Shown: positions 1-8,900 of the stretch, piece by piece | How the letters are laid out: the number at the start of each line of letters is the position of its first letter | Numbering within the stretch: the stretch's first letter is position 1 | From: an uncultured Bacillales bacterium | GTDB taxonomy: Bacteria; Bacillota_I; Bacilli_A; RF39; UBA660 | DNA: 25,378 nucleotides | Direction: 5' to 3' | NCBI GenBank assembly: GCA_947065955.1 | Contig: CAMSXY010000001.1 | Span: forward strand, 1 to 25,378 | Translations under genes and position numbers: made by a program | The notes under the pieces: model-generated | What the model was told of the DNA's origin: nothing | Databases searched by the model: none | The model's input: the letters and a program-made list of their open reading frames with translations, nothing else

Positions 1-1959
1 AAAAATGTTATTTATCAATGTATTCAAAATATTCTTGAAAGAACAAAACAAGAGTATGCCTCTTTAAAAGAAATTTATGAGGAAGTTTCTACGTATTTAG
101 AAACGGAAAATAACGAGGTTTTGCAAACTCAAATTCGAGGAAGATTACAGGAATATTGTGAACAATATTCTAGTTTTTTAGGACAACCTTTATTTTTAAC
201 AGAGAAACCTAGGTCAGGAAGATGGACTATTAAGAAAAAGGAAAAAAAGTTTATTCGATATGAACATAATTATTTTTTAATTAGTGAAGATAATTGGTGT
301 ACGATAGAAAAAGTTAAAAATATTACCAGTGAATATATTCTTGAAAGTGTTTCTGAAAATGTATATAAAGCAAAATTATCTTTCCTTCTTGGAAGAGAAA
401 AGGCAAGTATTATCCTTGAAGAATTAAATTCTATTCGTGAGTTATTAAAACCATATCCTGAATCTTCTAAGGAGAATGAAGGATATGGAATCGCATTTGA
501 GATTTTTTCTACTTCTGTAATCCACAATATTGATTATGAAGAATGTATTTCCCATTATAAAATTCATGGAGATGCAGACGGAAAAATTGATATAATTTAT
601 TATGGAGAGGCAAGTAAGATTTATATTTATCAGATTAAAATGGACACAATTAAAGATAATGCTTATTCGGATATGGCTTTAAATTATGGGACTTGTATAA
701 AGGGAAATGTTCCAGAAAATGGGAAAGATCTTTTTAATTTTTATAAAAAAAATGAAAAGGCTATAGAGGGAAAAGTGGTTATTTATAGAAGTGTATCTAT
801 GAATTCTTCCAAAGAAACTAATTTTAAACCTACGGATATTTATAATTTGTTTTTTCAAAACCATTTGTTACCACAAAATAATAATCATTTAACTTTGAAT
901 ATTATTAAACCAAGTTTATCCATTGGAGATAATTTACAGTATAATGTTTCGACTGATTTGAAAGGTAATTTTAATTTTTATATTCAATCTGATAAGTTGA
1001 TTCAATGTATACTAGATTCCTTAGGGATAAAACGATCTGGACCTATTAATTTGGATCATATCTCTAGATATTTTACCGATAATGTACGTGGAATTTTATC
1101 GGTTAATGAAAAAATGGTTCAAACAATTCATGAGGAGCCAGAAAATTTTATTAAGTATAATAATGGTATTAATATCACAGGAGAAGTTTTAGATCTTGGA
1201 CCTGTTATTCAAATTAAAAATCCTGTTATTAATAATGGGCAGCAGACAATTACCACTTTAATTTCTGAAAATACAAATCTTGAAAAAATTACAGTTTCTG
1301 TAAAGGTGACCAATGAAAAAGATCCGTTTATAAAGGGAAAAATATCGCAGTATTCAAACGAACAGGTAAGGGTAAAAGCGATTGATATGTTATCTTTAAA
1401 TTTTTATATTCGAGCAATTCAAAATGTGATTTTTAAAAATTCTTATCACGGTGAAAATTATTTTTTAGAGATTTATTCTTCTGGAAAAAAGAGCTATTAT
1501 GATCTTTTAAAAATCCTTTATCAAGAAGGTCATGTGATATCTCTTTTGGATTTTATGAAACTTTATTTTTCTATTCAAAATGGAAAAGAATTAGGGAATT
1601 GGAAGAACTTTCCGAATAGTCAAATTGAAAAAACGGAAATTGATGATTATTTTGATGAAGAAAAATCTTTTCGGGTATGCGAGGCAATTGTTCGTTATAA
1701 TAAATTTGTTGCAAAAATTAATAATAAGAAAGAAAAAGATGATTTTAAATCGGCTGATTTAGCTTTTAAATATTTACTCTGCAAAGAAAATTTACAGGAA
1801 GAAGAGGCTGCAACAATTATTCGAAATATTAATAAGAAATATTATTATGATGTTGCTGATGAGAAGAGTAAATTAATTGATATTTATAAAAGTACAACGA
1901 TTTTTTCTTTATTAGAAAAAGAGTTAAAATTGTTTCAAGAAGAAGAGGTAAAAGAATAA
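1..1959 (+). CDS. AIPR (abortive infection phage resistance) family protein with N-terminal winged-helix domain; 5'-partial
   Basis: Frame 1 is open from base 1 (KNVIYQCIQNILERTKQEYASLKEIYEEV...), so the TTG at 121 is not the true start. AIPR motifs: YFTDNVRGIL, PENFIKYNNGINI, VINNGQQT, ISQYSNEQVRVKAID. Confidence 0.8.
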   Translation, partial: KNVIYQCIQNILERTKQEYASLKEIYEEVSTYLETENNEVLQTQIRGRLQEYCEQYSSFLGQPLFLTEKPRSGRWTIKKKEKKFIRYEHNYFLISEDNWCTIEKVKNITSEYILESVSENVYKAKLSFLLGREKASIILEELNSIRELLKPYPESSKENEGYGIAFEIFSTSVIHNIDYEECISHYKIHGDADGKIDIIYYGEASKIYIYQIKMDTIKDNAYSDMALNYGTCIKGNVPENGKDLFNFYKKNEKAIEGKVVIYRSVSMNSSKETNFKPTDIYNLFFQNHLLPQNNNHLTLNIIKPSLSIGDNLQYNVSTDLKGNFNFYIQSDKLIQCILDSLGIKRSGPINLDHISRYFTDNVRGILSVNEKMVQTIHEEPENFIKYNNGINITGEVLDLGPVIQIKNPVINNGQQTITTLISENTNLEKITVSVKVTNEKDPFIKGKISQYSNEQVRVKAIDMLSLNFYIRAIQNVIFKNSYHGENYFLEIYSSGKKSYYDLLKILYQEGHVISLLDFMKLYFSIQNGKELGNWKNFPNSQIEKTEIDDYFDEEKSFRVCEAIVRYNKFVAKINNKKEKDDFKSADLAFKYLLCKENLQEEEAATIIRNINKKYYYDVADEKSKLIDIYKSTTIFSLLEKELKLFQEEEVKE

Positions 1960-1963
1960 TTAT

Positions 1964-2000
1964 AAAAAAGTTTCTATTTATTTTTGATAGAAACTTTTTT
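1964..2000 (+). terminator. Intrinsic (bidirectional-type) terminator after AIPR
   Basis: AAAAAAGTTTCTAT (1964-1977) / ATAGAAACTTTTTT (1987-2000), a 14-bp inverted repeat starting 5 bp after the stop. Confidence 0.8.
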
Positions 2001-2529
2001 CGTGTAAAGATTTTCTTTGATAAAAAGTATTGTGCCTTTACTATGCAAGGAGCATTTTTATTATCAAAAAATTCTCTTAATATAAGTTCATTTTATTATA
2101 CCCTTTTCTTCTTTCTGTATGGTCACACTATAATTAATACGTTTCCCGAAATTTTCAAATTTTCCTTTAAAGCCGATCGAATATTAATTGTTTCAATAAT
2201 TTGACTATTCCTTTTTTTATTAGAAAATATGTTCTTACAGGAACTTTTTCTTCACTAGGTATTCTAGAGAAATCTTTTTCTAATTTTTTTATCAAATAGG
2301 CAATGACAAGTAAAAAATATTTGAAAATATTTACATATATTTACAATTGGAAAGCTCTGATAACAATTACAGCTTTCTTTCGATAATAAAATATTCTTCT
2401 TTTTTTTGATTGCATTTTAATTTCTTTTACCGACGAATAGAAAACAATTATGTAAAGATAATGTTTAAAAGTATATAACTATTTACTTTTTTTATGGAAA
2501 AAAAGTCTAATTAGGAAAGAATTTCTTAT

Positions 2530-2558
2530 TTGACATTCCTTGTGTGTAATGTTATAAT
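2530..2558 (+). promoter_or_regulatory. Consensus sigma-A promoter of the GNAT gene
   Basis: TTGACA (2530-2535), 17 nt, TATAAT (2553-2558), with a TGn extended -10. Confidence 0.8.
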
Positions 2559-2584
2559 TTTTCTCTGTAGTGGGGGTTTTTATT

Positions 2585-3247
2585 ATGCAGTCATTAAAAA
2601 ATTTGTCTTATGAAAAAGAGGTTTTATTAAATTCTTCTTTTGTTTATGGTGGATTTCCACAGAGACTTTATTTATCAAAATCTTTTCTTAAAAATAGTGG
2701 ATGTGACCAATATTTTTTAAAGGTATATAGTGTCCAAGATACTATGATTTGTCAGGGATATATTTATTTTTATATAGATTTTTTAACAAAAACAAGTCAT
2801 TTTATTGGGGTTTATGTGAAACCTGAGTATCGTAGTACAGGTCTTGCTTCTTTGTTAATTTCAAGTTGGATTCAATTTTGTTGTGATTATGATTTTATTC
2901 ATTTGACGACCAATAAGAAACAAAGAAAACCTTTTTTAGTGTATTTATTAAAAACGTTTGGTTTTGAAATTTTAAATTTAGAGAGATATCAAACTTCACC
3001 TTATACGATTTATATATGTAATGAAGATGATAGTAAGGTAAAATATTTATTATTTAAGAATAATAATCAAGCAAAGTCTTTTCTTAATGGTACTATTATG
3101 CAGCATGATAATTATTGTGTGATTGAAAAATTAGGAGAAGCTATGCATATATTAGATAATGTACTTCTTTCTACTCCTTATGATCTTCAAAATGAGGATA
3201 AGGCTTATACTAAGGCACTTCATATTTGCAAAAAACATCATGGATAA
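2585..3247 (+). CDS. GNAT family N-acetyltransferase
   Basis: Acetyl-CoA binding motif A FIGVYVKPEYRSTGLASLLI and C-terminal LLKTFGF. ATG 2585 preferred; GTG 2570 lies within the GGGGG RBS-like tract. Confidence 0.75.
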   Translation: MQSLKNLSYEKEVLLNSSFVYGGFPQRLYLSKSFLKNSGCDQYFLKVYSVQDTMICQGYIYFYIDFLTKTSHFIGVYVKPEYRSTGLASLLISSWIQFCCDYDFIHLTTNKKQRKPFLVYLLKTFGFEILNLERYQTSPYTIYICNEDDSKVKYLLFKNNNQAKSFLNGTIMQHDNYCVIEKLGEAMHILDNVLLSTPYDLQNEDKAYTKALHICKKHHG

Positions 3248-3294
3248 AAGGTCAATTTGTATGAAAAAATTTTATATAAAAAAACAATCTAATA

Positions 3295-3744
3295 TTATTT
3301 TTCAGATTGTTTTTTTGTTTTCTTTGGTGTACTTTGTTTGTTTTGTTTTACGAGTAAGTCTCTAATTTCGGTTAATAGAGCTACTTCTTCTGGAAGTTGT
3401 TTTTTTGCTTTTTCTTTTACCTCTTTTTTACCTTCTTCTTTTTCTTCCTCTTTGGCTAATTTTGATAATTCATTGATACTTTTTACAAAGATGAAAATAC
3501 AGATTGAAATAATTAGAAAGTCAATGACATTTTGGATGAAAACGCCATAAGAGATAACAGCACTTCCTACTTGAAGAGATAAGTTTGAAAAATCAATTCC
3601 TCCAATAACAATTCCAATAAGGGGCATAATGATATCATTTACAAGGGATGATACAATTTTCCCGAATGCACCTCCGATGATAACTCCGACAGCTAGATCG
3701 ATTACATTTCCTCTCGATATAAATTGTTTAAATTCTTTAATCAT
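3295..3744 (-). CDS. mscL: Large-conductance mechanosensitive channel MscL
   Basis: [64 protein letters not shown]; RBS AGAGGTG. Confidence 0.97.
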   Translation of the reverse strand: MIKEFKQFISRGNVIDLAVGVIIGGAFGKIVSSLVNDIIMPLIGIVIGGIDFSNLSLQVGSAVISYGVFIQNVIDFLIISICIFIFVKSINELSKLAKEEEKEEGKKEVKEKAKKQLPEEVALLTEIRDLLVKQNKQSTPKKTKKQSEK

Positions 3745-3765
3745 AATTCACCTCTTTATAATTTC

Positions 3766-3794
3766 ATATTACAATTTTTCTTTAAAATAGTCAA
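3766..3794 (-). promoter_or_regulatory. Putative sigma-A promoter of mscL
   Basis: Minus strand TTGACT, 17 nt, TAATAT. Confidence 0.5.
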
Positions 3795-3961
3795 GCCTTG
3801 ATGTTGCTAGTTATTACTATTGATGAAAATGAAGATTTTATACCTTTTATATAAATTGATTTTTAATATTATAAAAAAGTTTTATGGTCCATAAAGTATT
3901 TCCATTATTTTAGTGAATGGTATAATAACTATATAGAAGATTAAATAGAAAGGTGTATTTT

Positions 3962-4084
3962 ATGGAAAATGTAGTTTTTGAAAAAGTAAGAGCTTTTATG
4001 TATCGAAATGCAAGACCATTAGATTTAGCGTGTTTTCAATACCATTTTGAAAAAGGGAGTAAAGAGAAAAAACTTTTTTTGTGA
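3962..4084 (+). pseudogene. 40-codon 5' remnant of a conserved Firmicutes hypothetical gene (prenyltransferase/squalene-cyclase-repeat-like family)
   Basis: RBS GAAAGGTG and extended -10 TGG-TATAAT (3918-3926). MENVVFEKVRAFMYRNARPLDLACFQYHFEKGSKE resembles a family N-terminus I recall as ...FMYRNARPLDLARwqYHFEnGSKE..., then stops abruptly. Confidence 0.6.
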
Positions 4085-4107
4085 AACTTTTTTTTGAAAA
4101 ATACGAC
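4082..4107 (+). promoter_or_regulatory. Putative autoregulatory ECF-sigma promoter
   Basis: TGAAAC (4082-4087), 16 nt including a T8 tract, CGAC (4104-4107); matches the B. subtilis SigW/SigX-type layout; 21 bp upstream of ATG 4129. Confidence 0.65.
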
Positions 4108-4128
4108 TTATATAGTGAGGTGAACAAA

Positions 4129-4680
4129 ATGGTCGATCAGGAAACCTTACATTTATTTGATGAACTTTATTATTCCACGTATGAAAGTGTTCTTACCTAT
4201 GTTGTTTGTAATTGTTCTAACATAGAAAACGTAAAGGATATTATGCAGAATATTTATTTGGAAGTTTTAAAAAAATTAGAAAAGGAAAAAACTTTTTTGA
4301 TTAATAAAGCTTATATAATGGGAATTGCTAAAAACAAGGTGAGAGATTATTATAGATTTCGTTATAAAAATAAACTTGTTTCTCTATTTTCTTTTATGGA
4401 TTCTAAAGAAGATATTTATCTTTTGGATACTGTTTCATCGGATATAGATATTGAAAGTGATCTTATAAAAGAGGAAGATATCCAGTTTATTTGGGCATAT
4501 CTAAAAAAGAAAAAGGTAGTTATTGCGAAGATATTTTATCTTTATTATTATATGGATTTCGAAATAAAGGAAATTGCAGAAAAAGTGCATATGAGTGAGT
4601 CAAATGTAAAAAATTATTTGTATAGAACTTTAAAAGAATTGAATGTTTTTATGAAAAAAAGAGGTGAAAGAAATGAGTAA
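4129..4680 (+). CDS. ECF RNA polymerase sigma-70 factor
   Basis: Region 2 (VKDIMQNIYLEV...YIMGIAKNKVRDYYR) and region 4 (IFYLYYYMDFEIKEIAEKVHMSESNVKNYLYRTLKEL). RBS GAGGTG precedes ATG 4129; the ORF track GTG 4081 overlaps the promoter. Confidence 0.9.
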   Translation: MVDQETLHLFDELYYSTYESVLTYVVCNCSNIENVKDIMQNIYLEVLKKLEKEKTFLINKAYIMGIAKNKVRDYYRFRYKNKLVSLFSFMDSKEDIYLLDTVSSDIDIESDLIKEEDIQFIWAYLKKKKVVIAKIFYLYYYMDFEIKEIAEKVHMSESNVKNYLYRTLKELNVFMKKRGERNE

Positions 4681-5362
4681 AAAAAAGGTTATTAAAGAAG
4701 TATTTGATCGAAATTTTTCTATGGAGGAGATGAGAGCTCAAATTCTTCAAAAAAGTAAAGAAAAAAAATATATATATCAAAATTTATTTTTTAAATACAG
4801 TTTACCTATTTGTATTTTCTTATGTGGTGTATTTGTTTTAAATAATAATTTTTCTCTTTCCAACTCAGAAAAAGGGGGTGTAGAAAATTCTGTTTCCAAT
4901 AGTTTCTATATTAACAAAATAGAGAATATGGGTGCTAATAGAATTGATGCAATAGAAAAGAAAATTTCTTTTTCTGATTTGGATAATTCATGGCTTGGTG
5001 CTTTAAAAAATAGGATAGCTGTTCCAAATGATTTAGAAAATTTTAATGGATATATGCTTTATACTAGACAAGATCAGAATAGTGATTACACAAATTTAAA
5101 TTGTTATGTTTATTCTTACTTTAGTACTACAGTTGGAAAAGACGTTCGTATTGCTTTTTCAAATAAGAATAAACCTGTTCGAGACTATTTTTTTGAACAA
5201 GTTGGAAAAATTTCTAAAATAAATAATATAGAATTAACAATTTATCAATATGAAGATATTTACTTTGCTGAATTTGTATTTGATGACTATTTTTTCGATA
5301 TAGAGGTTCAAGGATTAAGTGAAACTGAATTTACAGTTTTACTAGAATCAATTATTAAGTAG
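4673..5362 (+). CDS. Probable membrane anti-sigma factor
   Basis: Overlaps the sigma stop; short basic N-terminus, one hydrophobic segment (LFFKYSLPICIFLCGVFVL), soluble C-terminal domain ending EFTVLLESII. Confidence 0.7.
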   Translation: MSKKKVIKEVFDRNFSMEEMRAQILQKSKEKKYIYQNLFFKYSLPICIFLCGVFVLNNNFSLSNSEKGGVENSVSNSFYINKIENMGANRIDAIEKKISFSDLDNSWLGALKNRIAVPNDLENFNGYMLYTRQDQNSDYTNLNCYVYSYFSTTVGKDVRIAFSNKNKPVRDYFFEQVGKISKINNIELTIYQYEDIYFAEFVFDDYFFDIEVQGLSETEFTVLLESIIK

Positions 5363-5369
5363 TTTTTTT

Positions 5370-5404
5370 AAGTAGACGATCTTATAGAAAGTCTGCTTTT
5401 TTTA
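5370..5404 (+). terminator. Intrinsic terminator after the anti-sigma gene
   Basis: AAGTAGAC ... GTCTGCTT stem (one G.U pair) followed by a T-run. Confidence 0.55.
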
Positions 5405-5435
5405 TGTTACAATAGTTGTTAAATGGAGGATTTGT

Positions 5436-5705
5436 ATGGAATATTTAAAAGAAGATCATAAAGAAATTCTTATTTCTAACATTAATAAGATTCATACAAC
5501 TAAGATGGGGGAAGAGAGGATTCGAAGGAATCTTAAATTGGGGGATTTGGATGTTGTTTTATACTGTAAGAATAAGATTATGGATTCTAAAAGTTGTGTT
5601 TATAAAACGGGAAAAAATTTGTATTGTTTAATCGATGATATAAAAATAACAATTCATTCTCATAGTTATACAATTATTACTGCACAAATTGTTTTATTAC
5701 CATAA
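5436..5705 (+). CDS. DUF3781 family protein
   Basis: LISNINKIHTTKMGEERIRRNL...YKTGKNLYC...ITIHSHSYTIITA pattern; RBS GGAGG. Confidence 0.75.
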   Translation: MEYLKEDHKEILISNINKIHTTKMGEERIRRNLKLGDLDVVLYCKNKIMDSKSCVYKTGKNLYCLIDDIKITIHSHSYTIITAQIVLLP

Positions 5706-5709
5706 ATTG

Positions 5710-5738
5710 TTGCAAAAATTGTCGAAAAAATGTATAAT
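5710..5738 (+). promoter_or_regulatory. Sigma-A promoter facing the tracrRNA/cas9 region
   Basis: TTGCAA (5710-5715), 17 nt, TATAAT (5733-5738). Confidence 0.65.
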
Positions 5739-5746
5739 GAATTTAG

Positions 5747-5787
5747 AAGTGCTTGTACAGACTTTGATTTGTTCAAGCACTTTTTTT
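5747..5787 (+). terminator. Hairpin with U-tract immediately downstream of the 5710 promoter
   Basis: AAGTGCTTG-T-ACAGA-CTTTGA-TTTGT-T-CAAGCACTT followed by TTTTT. Confidence 0.7.
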
Positions 5788-5801
5788 GTATAATTCTATA
5801 T

Positions 5802-5909
5802 AAAAAAAGTTGCCGAAGCAACTTTTTTTAATCACCTAAGTGATGCTTAAAAAGCTTTAAAGGTAAACCTTTATTTTAACGCACTATGTCATGTTAAATG
5901 GTATTAACA
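5802..5909 (-). ncRNA. tracrRNA
   Basis: Minus strand: anti-repeat TGTTAATACCATTTAACATGACATAG-TGCGT-TAAAAT, nexus AAGGTTTACCTT, hairpins GCTT/AAGC and ATCAC/GTGAT, terminator AAAAAAAGTTGC-TTCG-GCAACTTTTTTT (5802-5829). Confidence 0.9.
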
Positions 5910-5914
5910 AAGTT

Positions 5915-5943
5915 ATTGTATATCAAATTGGTTTCTTTGTCAA
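5915..5943 (-). promoter_or_regulatory. tracrRNA promoter
   Basis: Minus strand TTGACA (5943-5938), 17 nt, TACAAT (5920-5915); predicted +1 near 5908, at the start of the anti-repeat. Confidence 0.8.
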
Positions 5944-5963
5944 GTTAGGAAGTGAGGATTTTT

Positions 5964-8900
5964 ATGGAAGATTATTATATTGGTTTAGATATTGGAGATG
6001 CATCGGTTGGTTATGCAGTTATTGGAAAAGATTATCATTTAGTTAAAAATCATTCGAAAAATATGTGGGGAGCTCGTCTTTTTGAACCAGGAAAAACTGC
6101 AAAAGAAAGAAGACTTTTTCGCAGTAGTCGAAGACATTATGAAAGAAGACGAAAAAGAATTGCTTTATTACAAAGAATGTTTGAGGAAGAAATATTGAAA
6201 GTGGACGCAACCTTCTTCTTGCGTTTGAAAGAAAGTTTTTGTTGGAAAGAAGATTCTCATTATAAAAAGGACTATAATCTTTTTATAGACAGTTCTTATA
6301 ATGATAAAATCTATTATAAGGAATATCCTACGATTTATCATTTGCGTCATAAACTTATGTATTCAAAGGAAAAAATGGATATTCGGCTTGTTTATTTGGG
6401 AATTCATCATATTTTAAAATATCGTGGTAATTTTTTGTATGAAGGACAAAATTTTGATGTAAAATCTTTAGATGTGCCTTCTAAAATTAAATCCGTTTTA
6501 AATATCTTTGCGGAAAATTTTGAAATGGTTGATTTAACACAAATGGATCAAATTGATTTTTCTGCATTAGAAAACTTATTTATTAATAAACAGATTTCCC
6601 TTAAACAAAAGCAAGAAGAAATCCAAGAACTTTTAAAAAAGTGTTTTTTTAATTCAAATCAACTTAAACAATTTTGTTTGTTACTTCTTGGAAAAAAGGC
6701 AAATTTAACTGTTTTGTTTTCATTAGAGGGTGAAAAAGTAGAAGTGAATTTTTCTTCTTCTAAATATGAGGAAGAAAGAGAGAATATTTCTCTTATTTTG
6801 GGAGAAAAGATGGACTATGTGGAACAACTTTTTGAGCTTTATAGTAATCTTTTTTATAAAAGTATGTTTTCTTCGGATTCTAGTAAGGTAGTTACTTGTC
6901 TATCAGAGGCCATGCTACAAGTTTATACGAAACATGAAAAAGATTTAAAACTTTTGAAAAAACTTTTGAAAGAACAAGATCCTACTTTATATTCTTCTTT
7001 CTTTCGAGAAAAAGGTGATAATAGTTATGAGTCGTATATTCATAATTCTAGTAAATTTGATTACGACGCGCTTAAAAAATATCTAAAAAAAATTTTATCT
7101 TCGATTTCTTCTCCCGTAGTGGATCAAATTTTAGAAGATATAGAGAAAGATAATTTTTTAAGAAAAATAAATGTTGTCCAAAATTCTCTTTATCCTTATC
7201 AAGTTCATTTACAAGAGCTTAGACAAATTCTTTATAATCAAGGTCAATATTATCCTTTTCTGTTAGAAAAATATGATGAAAAAACTACTAAAATTGAGCA
7301 ACTTTTTATATTTCGAATTCCTTATTATGTAGGACCTTTAAATTTAAATGCAGATGAAAATGGCAATTCACGTAGTTTTGCGTGGCTTACAAAAAGAGAA
7401 AATGAAAAAATTACGCCTTTTAATTTTCATCAAGTTGTGGATGTTGAGAAAACTGCAGAAAATTTTATTCTTCGAATGACCAATTTTTGTACATATTTAT
7501 TAACTGAAAAGGTTATTCCTAAAAATTCTTTATTGTATACAGAATTTATGGTTTTAAATGAATTAAAACAAATTCGTGTTAATGGACATAAATTGCCACT
7601 TGTTTTACAACAGAAAGCAATTAAAGAACTTTTTTTAAAACAACGAGTTATTAAGGATTCGACTTTTAAAAAATGGTTGATAAAACAAAATGAATATCCT
7701 TTTTTAAATGGAAATCTTGAGATAAAAGGGTATCAAAAAGAGGATCAATTTGCTAGTAGCATGGGTGTTTTTATTGATTTTATTGATATTTTTGGAGAAA
7801 TTACCTTTCAAAATCAAAAAATGATCGAAAAATTGATTGAATGGATTACTATTTTTGAGGATAAAAAGGTTTTAAAACAAAAAATCGCTCGTTCTTATCC
7901 TTCCTTAACAGAGGAAATTTTAAAGAAAATTATTTCTAAAAAATATCAAGGGTGGTCGAGGCTTTCTTTTGAATTATTAACAGGAACAACAGGAATTTGT
8001 TATATCGATTCTTTTGGAGAAATGTTTAGTATTATGGATCTATTAAGAACAACAGAGGAAAATTTTATGCAGATTCTTTGTAATAAAAAATATGGATTTG
8101 AAGAGAAAATATATCATTATAATTATAAGGAGGAAAAGTCAGAAATTACGCTTGAAGATGTTTTGCGTATTCCAACTTCTCCTAGTGTTAAAAAGGGAAT
8201 TTGGCAAAGTGTATGTCTTACTTCTGAACTTGTTTCTTTTATGGGATATCCTCCTAAGCATATTTTTATAGAAGTAGCACGTTCTGATGAAAAGAAAAAG
8301 CGTACTATGTCAAGAATTGATAAAATTCGAAAACAATATCTTCAAATGGAAAAGTCTTTAAAAGAGCAAATAGAATATAAAAAACTTATGGGTGAGTTAG
8401 AAAATTATGATGTGTTAGATGAACGTGTATATTTATATTTTATGCAATTTGGAAAATGTCTTTATAGTTCTAAACCTTTAAATATCCATGATTTATCTAG
8501 TTATGAGATAGATCATATTATTCCAAGGTCGCTTATTAAAGATGATAGTTTTGATAATCTAGCACTTGTTTATAAAGAAATGAATCAGTGTAAGAAGGCA
8601 GATCTTACTTTAAAAGCATCGATTATTGAGAAACAAAAGCCTTTTTGGAAGCTTTTACAAGATCATGATTTTATGTCTTCTAAAAAGTATTTTAACTTAT
8701 GTCGAAAAGAATTTCGAGCAGAGGATATAGAAGGATTTATTAATCGTCAACTTGTGGAAACAAGGCAAATTGTTCAACACGTTATTCATCTTTTTAATAG
8801 TATTTATAAAGAGGATACTGTGGTGTCTGTAAAGGCTAGTTTATCTTCTGATTATCGCAAGCGTTATCAACTTTATAAATTTCGTGAGTTGAATCATTTT

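Noticed and set aside
270-864. Minus-strand ORFs 270-527 and 679-864
   Set aside because: Antisense shadows inside the AIPR gene; no RBS or motif.
2167-2415. Minus-strand frame with one internal stop (MQSKKRR...FQL*IYVNIF...FDRL*), a possible decayed membrane gene
   Set aside because: No RBS or recognisable family; such frames arise easily in AT-rich DNA.
3159-3550. Plus-strand ORFs 3159-3365 and 3338-3550
   Set aside because: Overlap the GNAT gene or lie antisense to mscL; hydrophobic only because of the A-rich opposite strand.
3881-3895. Palindrome TTTATGG-T-CCATAAA between mscL and the gene remnant
   Set aside because: Possible operator, but single, short, AT-rich and with no assignable regulator.
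5915-5990. Long-form tracrRNA (tracr-L) autorepression of cas9
   Set aside because: The tracr promoter places +1 at the anti-repeat, leaving no 5' guide extension; no second upstream promoter seen.
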